This document shows positions 53,960 to 64,000 of a stretch of 64,000 bases of DNA, piece by piece. The stretch's first letter is position 1. Every line of letters begins with the position of its first letter. The notes beneath the pieces were generated by a model, which searched no databases, was not told where the DNA came from, and worked only from the letters and a program-made list of their open reading frames with translations. The stretch lies in NCBI RefSeq assembly GCF_006345805.1, contig NC_042998.1, forward strand, positions 184,884,001 through 184,948,000, given 5' to 3'. Position numbers and translations under genes: made by a program. The stretch comes from Octopus sinensis. Lineage: Eukaryota.

Positions 53960-54390
53960 TTTGCTTGTTCTATCAGTCCTATCGAGAAAGGAAAAGGCTG
54001 CTCTTTTCCAAAAATACCAGTACTTCCCGCAGGCAACACAATTCTGTCACGTGAATGTTGTCCGGAGCTGGATACTTCATTTTGTTCAGGTTCAAACGTC
54101 TCAAAATCATTATCATATTTTAGGAGATAAGAAGAACGGTTGTTCTGTAGGAAAATGTATGAAAAGAAAGCCACAACGTACCAGGAGCTGGGAGACAGCA
54201 AAATAAAATCTTGCTGGCTCTAAAAAAAAACGCGGGAGGAGTTGAGCTGTAAGCAACGGAAAAAAGGCATCACCACCGACCTCACAATTGGAGGGTATTG
54301 TGGTTTAGAGTTGAAACGTAAGTTGGACACTATCCGACAGCGTCGTATTCTTGTCGAAAGCCAGTCATAACAGAATTAATCTGTTAGCAT
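53960..54390 (+). pseudogene. Possible decayed Tc1-like transposase N-terminus
   Basis: Weak motifs only (NVVRSWILHF, TIRQR, RKPVITE) across shifted frames. Confidence 0.3.
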
Positions 54391-54754
54391 CTCCAACAGA
54401 TGTATCTGTTTGTGTGTATGTGCGCTTACACATACAAACACCCGTATAAACTTATATATATATATATGTATATGTCTACATGCACATATTTACATATATA
54501 TGCACGTGCATGCATTCATACACAATCACAGACGTACGCACACACACACAAACATACACACACAAATACACACACATCTATGTTTATGTTGACACTTGTG
54601 TTATTCATTTTGTACACATTTGTAATGTATAACTTATCGGGTTCACAATTCGAGATCGATACAATAAGCGTTTGACTGAAATAAATAATAGAGATGATAT
54701 AATTGATTAAAACACTTGAAGGGGCAACCCAAACATGCCTGTAATTCAATTACT

Positions 54755-55059
54755 GTAGCACTCCGTCGGTTTCGACGACTAGTGTTGCAGCTGATCCGAT
54801 CAACGAAACAGCCGGCTCGTGAGGTTAACGTACAAGCGGCTGAGAACTCCACAGACATGCGTACTCTTCGCGTACATCTCGGGGAAGTTCAGCCAGTCGC
54901 AATGTAACAAGACTGGCCCTTTGAAATAATACAGGTACAGCTCAATTTTGCTAGCTGAGTTGACTGAAGCAACGTGGAATAAAGTGTATTGCTCAAGGAC
55001 ACAATACGCTAACGGGAATCGATCGTGAACCGAATGCCCTAACCCTAAAGCCACGCGCC
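54755..55059 (-). mobile_element. Chimeric SINE: family D head plus family C 3' half
   Basis: Head matches 38200-38060 up to ctcagct(a/g)gcaaaa, then gtacctgtatt..tcaaagggcc...aaccgacggagtgc as in 5460-5650. Confidence 0.8.
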
Positions 55060-55074
55060 TTCACTTAACAACTA

Positions 55075-55198
55075 ACCCCTTGGTTCCGAGTTCAATCCCA
55101 CTGTTTGGCACCTTGGGCAAGTGTCTTCTACGATAGCCTCGGGCCGACTAAAGGCTTATGAGTGGAGTTGGTAAACGGAGACTGAAATAAGCCCGTTG

Positions 55199-55230
<32 letters not shown>

Positions 55231-55260
55231 CGTGTGTATTATATATGTATGTATGTATGT

Positions 55261-55303
<43 letters not shown>

Positions 55304-55500
55304 TGCCTTCCACCACGGCTTGACAACCGGTGTTGCTGTGTTTAAGTTCCCGTAACTTAGTGGTTCGGCGAAAGAAACTGATAGAATAACTACCAGGCTT
55401 AAAAAATAAAAGCACAGGGATCGATTTATTCGACTAAAATTCTTCAAGGTGGTACCCCAGCATGGCCGCAGTCTAATGTCTGAAACAAGTAAAAGAAATA
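55075..55500 (+). mobile_element. SINE family B
   Basis: ggttccgagttcaatcccactg..ccttgggcaagtg.. through ccccagcatggccgcagtctaatgtctgaaacaag. Confidence 0.85.
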
Positions 55501-55921
55501 AAAGTAGAAATAATTAAGGAGACATTTAATCATGCATTTCAAATTGCAGTGTTTACAATTCTGAAAACAAAACCATTTAATATCAATGATAAAATCTGCT
55601 ACATTTTATCTTTTTCGGACTAAATTGTCTTAAAAAGTTAAATACACAGTGTTCCACAGTTGCTAAAAACCTAGATAATCTAACATAATCCAATATATTG
55701 CTTTTTAATATTTCAGTATATATAAAATATACTGATATGTAATAAAAAAAAATGATAGATTTATTTCATTAGAGAGGGGTTTCTTTTCTTGATAAAAGTG
55801 GTTGAGAAAAACTTTGCTGGCTCATATATAGTATTATAAACAACTATAATAATAATTTTGAATTTGATGTAAAAATCCGTTATCCATGTAGATTTACAGT
55901 ACTTTCCATTTCATCTGAATC

Positions 55922-56061
55922 GGGGTCTTTATATTATTTTATTGACTTCAGTAAGATACCCGAATTTGGTTAAACTGCACCGCAAAATGTGGGGGTCTTT
56001 ATATTATTTTATTGACTTCAGTAAGATACCCGAATTTGGTTAAACTGCACCGCAAAATGTG
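55922..56061. repeat. 70-bp exact tandem duplication
   Basis: ggggtctttatatt...cgcaaaatgtg twice. Confidence 0.95.
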
Positions 56062-56221
56062 GGAGTAGTTAGGAATCTAAATCGAAGGGGACAGACACTC
56101 ACACAACTACAGTTTTATATATATAGATATTCTATCATTTCATTATATGTAAACTCCAACACTTTATGTCTGTTTTGTATTGTCCCCCTCATCCTTCACC
56201 TTAGTGACAAATAAGGGAAAT

Positions 56222-56274
<53 letters not shown>

Positions 56275-56275
56275 T

Positions 56276-56420
56276 GGAGGTGCGTGGTTTAGTGGTTAGG
56301 GTGTTGAACTCACGATCGTAAGATTGTGGTTTCGAGTCCAAGACGAGGTGATGAGTTGTGTTCTTGAGCAAAACACTTCACTTCATGTTGCTACAGTCCA
56401 CTCAGCTGTAGAAACGAGTT
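56276..56420 (+). mobile_element. SINE family D, 5' half, after a (TAC)n array
   Basis: ggaggtgcgtggtttagtggttaggg...ttgagcaaaacacttca. Confidence 0.8.
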
Positions 56421-56872
56421 TAGCCTGGAGAGGGATAGGCTCCACCTGGAGTGCCATAGTAATTTAATTACAGGCATGTTTGGTAGAGGCCTTCAAGTGT
56501 TTTAATCAATTATATCAGCTCTATTATTTCACTATAAATTGGGCAGACGGCCCGATTCATGTGACAGCGGCTGGTCAACAAAAACTCACAAGACGCTAAT
56601 GCATGAACACTGAACGTTGATGTACAGAACATTTTCATATCCAGGACAGGTTTGGGTGTTGGCGCCTCAATGTCTTTCTTTATTAGCCACAAGGACTCAA
56701 GAAAATATATATATACACGCATTTATGTCTACATAAATGCACGAAAATAATATTAAAACGTACGATAAACCATACAATAATTAAAAGATGGTATCATTTA
56801 AACATAAGGCGGAGAAATGGTAGAATTATTAGCACATCGGACAAAATGTTTGAGCGGTTTTTATTTCTTCGA

Positions 56873-56972
56873 NNNNNNNNNNNNNNNNNNNNNNNNNNNN
56901 NNNNNNNNNNNNNNNNNNNNNNNNNNNNNNNNNNNNNNNNNNNNNNNNNNNNNNNNNNNNNNNNNNNNNNNN
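56873..56972. other. Assembly gap (100 N)
   Basis: Run of exactly 100 N; true size and adjacency are unknown. Confidence 0.99.
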
Positions 56973-57019
56973 CTATTTCTTAATTATCTGTGGTTTTATT
57001 ATGTTTGCGGATCCACTAT

Positions 57020-57400
57020 CGTCATATGTTGTGGTGTGTGCTATTGCTCCATTCTAGTTTTCTATTCAGGCTAGGTTTATTTTCTATTATATGTGTAGCT
57101 TCTGTAATTTGTCTAATTGTTGCATCTGTTCTATGTGTGGACAATATCTTAATCTCTATGTTATTGATTGATCCCCCGTGTTCTTGTTCGGCGTGTTGGT
57201 ACAGAATCGATGAGCTTTTACCTTCCTTGAGTTGTCTCCAATGTTCATTCACCCACTCTCCAATGCTTCTTCTGTGTCCCCTACGTATGTTACTGTCTTG
57301 TTTACTGCCCTCTTCCCTCTATACATCTTATACTATAGACCACACATTTCTGGCTTTACATTTGTTTGTGGGCTAAATCTACATACAGTGCAATAGTTAT
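57020..57400 (-). pseudogene. Penelope-like GIY-YIG endonuclease remnant (third subfamily)
   Basis: VVYSIRC..., TYVGDT, RSIGEWVNEHWRQLKEGKSSSILYQH...IRQITEATHIIENKPSLN. Confidence 0.8.
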
Positions 57401-57578
57401 CCGTACAGAGAGTTCTATTAAAAGGATGCGGTCACAGGAGTGTGACGAAAGAACTTTGGCCGAAATAAGATTAAGATTAATGTAAAAAATAAATATCACT
57501 GAAGCAAAATACACCAAATATATAGTGCGTGTGTTTTTATTGGCTAACCTGGCACTATGACCATTCCGAAATATAACA

Positions 57579-57658
<80 letters not shown>

Positions 57659-58182
57659 TATATAATATATTATAATATATATATAGATATATATATATAT
57701 ACATATATATATAACACATACACACACCCTTCCCACACACATATACATACATATAAGATAGACAGACAGATAGATAGATAGATAGATTTGTGATCAAGTA
57801 TTCTTACTCTACAAAACTAAAGAGTAACCCATCAACAACATATAACTGCCCATGATAAGGATTACTCGAATGTGATTACATTCGTTCTACACTGCCGGTG
57901 GGCGAGAAGGTTTCGTAATTTTGATGACTTCTACGAAAGAAATCAGAGTTAAATCGAAAGCATTGAATATTTATTTAAAACCCTTTTAAGATGAGAGAGA
58001 TGTTTTAATTTCCTAAATAATTTGCCGTTGGAACACTATTGATGTATACACCCTTCTACTACACCCCTCGCCCAACAAAGCCTTGTGAGTGGACTTGGTA
58101 GAGGGATGCTAAAAGACAACCGTCATATATATATATATTATATATATATATATATATATATCTACTCACACACACACACACA

Positions 58183-58220
<38 letters not shown>

Positions 58221-58379
58221 TTATGTATATATATATTATATATATATATATTTATATTTATATATATTCATCCTCTATTTGCGTGTGTGCTTAAAATATT
58301 TTAAATATAAAGAAATACGGTAATTCATAATAGTGAATTTTTAGAAGCAATATATACACATATTTCAATTGAGATACAT

Positions 58380-58870
58380 TTTCAACCATCCAACATGGCA
58401 TTCATGGTATCTTTGGCCTGAAGAGTAGCTTGCGCCCTACCCTTCGTTTGGATAATTACTGCTAGGTTCTGCTAGCTATGAAACATATGTAGCCTGGCTT
58501 TTGTCTACGCTCACCCACGCTTATGCAGATATGTAACACACGTTCTCGGACTAAATTCTATCCGTTTTGCAATGTCAGAAGCCTTCAAACGGGGTTCGTT
58601 TTCCACAATTCTCTTCAGGTCAACCGGGACAAGAATTTGTTGATTCTTTTCCTTAGCTTTTGAATTGCACTATAATTCTATTAATAGTAGCAAGAGGAAT
58701 TTGATGATTTTCGGTAATTTTTCGCTGGCTAAGACCAGCCTCAGATTGCCCATCAATACAACATCTTTGAAAATCTGACAGTTCTGCTGAATTTTTTGTG
58801 TGTGGCATGGTTACTCTTCGCAAATGTTTAATATAATGGCACCTGGAATGAAAAAGAATAATTACATTGT
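58380..58870 (-). pseudogene. Tc1-type transposase N-terminal (HTH) relic
   Basis: [40 protein letters not shown] and LKRIVENEPRLKASDIAK. Confidence 0.75.
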
Positions 58871-58972
58871 AAATTCTACACCGCTGAAAACATATTAAGA
58901 CGCTTAGATCAGAAATTTTGAAAATTAAAGGTGTCTATTTAATTCCTGCATGTCTGTATATTCTATGTGTGG

Positions 58973-59004
<32 letters not shown>

Positions 59005-59059
59005 ATAATATTATATATATATATATATATATATAGATATATGAATGTATATGTGTGTA

Positions 59060-59240
59060 TATGTTTGTGTGTCTGTATTTGTCTCCCCGCAACATCGCTA
59101 GTCAACCGACACAGTTTGGAAAAAGAGACTGATAGAATAAGTACTAGCTTACAAAGAATAAGTCCTGGGGTCGATTTGCTCGACTAAAGGCGGTGCTTCA
59201 GCATGGCTGCGTTCAAATGACTGAAACAAGTAAAAGAATA
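59060..59240 (+). mobile_element. SINE family B, 3' half
   Basis: gaataagtcctggggtcgatttgctcgactaaaggcggtgc...gactgaaacaagtaaaag. Confidence 0.85.
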
Positions 59241-59249
59241 TATATATAT

Positions 59250-60110
59250 TCTTTTATCCTTTTACTCGTTTCAGCGATGCGGCTGCGGTCATACTGGAGT
59301 ACCACCGCGGTGTTTCTGATTTCCTCAGTCTGGGGCGTTTCGCAACCACCCCTGTATGAGCTTTGTCCCAGCTGCTAGCCCATTTGGTTTATAAGGGAGT
59401 TTGATTCTGCTGCCCTCGTCGGCACCTCATATTGGGCTCTTCGTTCATCCGGTATTGTAGAGAGGAGGTTGTCTAGTTCCGTTTTGAAAACATCTTAATT
59501 TTTGTGGTAGAGCAGTGAAGAGTTGTGGGCCTTTGAACCCTAGACTATTGCAGTACCTGGTCCTGAATTTAGATAGAGTGGGTGGTAGCCAGTTCTAGCA
59601 TTTGTATAACAGCCTACCGCTGTAGCCCATCCACTGCACTTTTTCAACCTGTTTAGTGTAGTGGCGCTGGACTGCCTCAAACTCTGCTGTTAGATTGGCA
59701 CCAGGCAGCTGAGAGCAAAGGTTCTCCACAAGGTCAACATACTTTCTTGGTCTCTTGTCTTGAAGGACCTCAGTATCCATCCTGCCAGTTGTTTGCACTT
59801 TGCTGCCATCTTGGTAATAGGCATAAAAAATGATGCGTCGTTGCACATACTGATTCCCAAGTCTTTCACTGCCTGTGACTCTGGGATTATATTGCCTTCG
59901 GGTTCTGTATATGCAGGCCGTACTGCATTAGTGAGTTGATAGTGCAATGCGGGACATTTTCCAGCATTAAACTGCACGTTGTTTATTTCAGTTCACTTGT
60001 ATATCGAATTCTAGTCTCGCTGTAAGCTTGCGACGTCATTCTGGTTTTTATTGCCTGTGATAATTTTTGTATCATCGGCATAGCTAGTGACAGTGGCTGT
60101 CCGAGTAACA
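59250..60110 (-). pseudogene. CR1-group LINE 3' fragment (RT from YADD to the tail)
   Basis: VTSYADDTKI, QFNAGKC, VKDLGI, AGWILRSFKTRD and KGPQLF motifs; the 3' tail resembles the SINE B tail. Confidence 0.88.
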
Positions 60111-60379
60111 ATATATATATTGTAAGTATATATATATATATATATATATATATTCTTTTATTCGTTTCAGTCATGTGACAGCGGTCATGCTGGAGCACCA
60201 CTGTGATTTTGTACTTTTACATAGGATTCTTCTTTGGCTGGTTTCTTCTGTATGTGCGTCATACATACATACATACGTACATACAAATGCGCATTTGCGA
60301 ATATATATTTCGATCTAGACATATATACACACAGACATATACATCAAATATGTGCACTTGCATACACACATCTGTCATT

Positions 60380-60490
60380 CAATCTATATATATAAAGAGA
60401 TAGATAAATAGAGAGAGGGGGGAGGGAAAGAGATAAATATGTTCAAATATATGTATATATGCATGTATATATTTAGAAAACCATCTTTAT

Positions 60491-60528
<38 letters not shown>

Positions 60529-60589
60529 TGCATAAAGGCATATATATTATACATTTTATTTATACATATATATATATGTGTGTGTGTGT

Positions 60590-60634
<45 letters not shown>

Positions 60635-60766
60635 GAACAAATTTATGTCTATATGTATAGTGTATATGTATGTATTTACGAATGTATGTATGCATGTGTG
60701 TATGTATTTATGCATGTATGTATGTATGTATGTATGTATGTATGTATGTATGTATGTATGTATGTA

Positions 60767-60801
<35 letters not shown>

Positions 60802-60939
60802 ATGCATGCATGTAGTTATACACACAAATATTCTCATACTTATAGACAGAAATGAGATCACACATATCGCAGCGTATAGCATCTATGTCTTTGATGAAAA
60901 TATGCACACCACACACACACACACACACACACAACACCC

Positions 60940-60972
<33 letters not shown>

Positions 60973-61430
60973 ATTATTATATATATTATATGTATATAAA
61001 TACACTAAACATTTAGATGTACAGCCACACGCATATACGCATCCACACCAAGACGTCAAAACGCACGTGTTTGTGAGGGCGGGGTATAGAAAAATTGACA
61101 GTTTCTACAAAGTGAAGATAAATAGTTTAAAAAAATTATAAATAAACAGTTTTTGTTAATTTCTTTTATAAATGTTGTATGTCTACACACAATGGGACAA
61201 TCGATAAATACATTGCTGCTTCATTCATCCTACCCCCCCCTACCCCCTCTCCCCATATATGCATGTATATATGTGCGTGTTTTATGAGTATGTTTGTATA
61301 TATATATAATATATATATAATATATGTATGTATATATATATTGTACATACGTCTGTGCATGTACGTTTGGTATATTGTAAATAGATAATATACATAAAAT
61401 GTACATGTATATGTATATATTGGGTATATG

Positions 61431-61465
<35 letters not shown>

Positions 61466-61539
61466 TATATAATACATATATATATATATATATACATATA
61501 ATGCACACAAATACATCACACATACACACACACACACCC

Positions 61540-61574
<35 letters not shown>

Positions 61575-61738
61575 CATATATTTGTATGTATATATATATA
61601 CATATATTTATATATATATACATATTTATATATATATATATATATATCATATATATGTGTGTATATATATATTTATATATTATATATAATATATATATTT
61701 GTGTGTGTATATATATATATATAATATATATATATATA

Positions 61739-61780
<42 letters not shown>

Positions 61781-61860
61781 TATATATATATATATATATA
61801 TTAATATCTATATATATATATATATATATAATATTAATATATATATATTATATATATATA
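60380..61860. repeat. Large compound TA/TATG/CA microsatellite field
   Basis: Almost entirely dinucleotide and tetranucleotide repeats; similar fields at 2270-3085, 7200-7440, 40700-41170, 41630-41980 and 44980-45570. Confidence 0.95.
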
Positions 61861-62714
61861 CAACAAATATATTATATAGCTGGAGAGAGAATAATTATAT
61901 GAATGAAATTTAACAAAAACAACGAACAAACGATCGACAACATGCAAAGACAGGCAGCAGTGATAGCAGCAGTAGTAGTATAGCAGCAGCAGCAGCAGCA
62001 GTAGAAATACAGTAGTAGTAGTAGTGTAGTAGTAGTAGTCACAACATGTTTATATACAACTATAAATGCATAAATGTTTTAATAAGAAAACGTTTCTTTG
62101 ATGAGGGGGAAAGAAAATAATAAAAAAAAGAAGAGAAAAGTAAAAAAGAAAAAAAAGGCCAGCCTAAGATACTAAGCAGCATTTATGAAGCTGTTCTGGC
62201 GACACAGCTAATTTAAGCGAAACCCAAGTGACGTTATATGCGTGCAGAGAACGCCTGGTTGCACTTCCATGTTGTTTCTATCGTTGGGTCGGCTGGGTGG
62301 CGGACGGGCGAACGTTGGACCGGCTTGGGTGGGGTACAGGGGATAGCTTAAAGAGACAAACTCTAAACAACAAACCAGCAAACCAACACAAAACATAGCA
62401 AAAGTGAAGCCAAACAGTGAAATTGTAAACGAAAAGAAAGAAGGCTGAAGAGATAGACGAGAGAGAGAGAGAGAGAGAGAGTAAGGATGGGAGAGAAAGA
62501 AAATGGAGAGAAAGAAGGAAAGAGAAAAGCAAAGAAAGAAAGAAAGGAAGGAAGAAGTAGAGAAAGAAGGAAACAGAGACAGTGAGAGGGAGAGAGAGAA
62601 AGAGAGAGAAAGAAAGAAAGAGAGGAAGAAAGAATAAAAGTGCCAATATATTTGATAGCGTTTGTTATATGAAGTACATATTGCTTGCTCATGCGTGAAT
62701 GAAATTATGTTGAA

Positions 62715-62753
<39 letters not shown>

Positions 62754-63042
62754 TGTGTGTGTGTGTGTGTGCGTACGTGTGCGGCGAGTAGATATAGAAA
62801 ATAGCGGAGGTGGTTGTGCTGGTGGTGGTGGTGGTGGTGATAGCGAAAGAGAAAGAAGGAGAAGGGTGGGCTGATATATTTAGGTATACACATACACACA
62901 CACATATTTATGCATATACATGCATAAATATTCATGTATGTATAGATGTATAGATATATACATACATACACACATACACACATGTATAGATATATACATA
63001 CATACACACATACAGAGACTCATGCATATATAGAGTAGATAT

Positions 63043-63076
<34 letters not shown>

Positions 63077-63343
63077 GTGTCTACTCTACATGCACTATGT
63101 AAAGATATCTACCTATCTATATAATATATATATATATATGTGTGTGTGTGTGTATGTATGTACATATATGCATATATATAGAGTGTCTACTCTATATGCA
63201 CTATATAAAGATATCTATCTATCTATTTATCTATATAATATATAAATACATATATATATATAATATATGTATATATATACATATATATATATATACATAA
63301 ATATATTAATATATATAATATATAGAGAGAGAGAGAGAGAGAG

Positions 63344-63409
<66 letters not shown>

Positions 63410-63548
63410 AGATATAGATATTTTTACATACATATATATATATATATATGAAGATATGTGAGTGTATTAGTATGTACGTGTATGCGTGCATGTATCTATT
63501 TTGTGTGCGTGTGCATGTGTGAAAGTGTGAAAGTGTGAGGCATTGGCG

Positions 63549-63579
<31 letters not shown>

Positions 63580-64000
63580 TGACAGACAGACAGACAGACG
63601 CATAAATGAACAGACTTACTCAAAAATAGTGACAGAGGCAAAAAGAAAATTTAGAAAAATAAACAAAATGAGTTGAGAATATGGAAAGACTGAAAGAGAG
63701 TGAGGAATGAGAGAGAGGGAGGGAGTGATTGAGCGACACACACACACACACACCACACACATACACATATACTCACACGGCGTACACACATGCATTCAAA
63801 CGAAGATTATACATTCACACACGTTCACGCATGCGTAGATACATACATGCTGACATACGTGCACGCCAACGCAAATACACACTCACGTAGACGTATATGT
63901 GTGCACATATATGTGTGTGTATATATACATACATATACATACATACATACATACATGCATGCATACATATATATATATATACATACATACATATACATAC

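Noticed and set aside
54018-54144. Minus-strand exon candidate NNRSSYLLKYDNDFETFEPE...
   Set aside because: It has a good acceptor but overlaps a possible Tc1 relic on the plus strand and has no supporting neighbour; not enough to call.

Overview
AT-rich animal genomic DNA with very dense microsatellites. The repeat landscape looks like an octopod cephalopod; this is an inference and was not verified. No complete host protein-coding gene, real tRNA/rRNA or CRISPR array can be supported, and nearly all ORFs in the supplied track are read-throughs of simple repeats. The window is dominated by transposon debris. It holds a 3.9-kb 5'-truncated CR1-group LINE (CCCH-finger ORF1 plus APE/RT ORF2, disrupted), two R4/Dong-type LINE relics, further CR1/L2 fragments, and three Penelope-like GIY-YIG remnants. 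It also holds Tc1/mariner relics, hAT-, Merlin- and Helitron-type non-autonomous elements, and about 25 copies of four modular tRNA-derived SINE families (called A-D here). There is one 100-N scaffold gap. The unexplained signals most worth checking are: minimal hammerhead-ribozyme motifs (one with an intact core, two covarying); a 200-bp coding-like module duplicated 10 kb apart; a pri-miRNA-shaped hairpin inside an 857-bp tandem duplication; a Merlin-like MITE carrying telomere-type repeats; a LINE-SINE shared 3' tail; a 25-bp perfect long-range inverted repeat; zero-spacer palindromes; and a few isolated candidate exons or splice signals. All alignments and folds were done by eye, and the coordinates of decayed elements are approximate.
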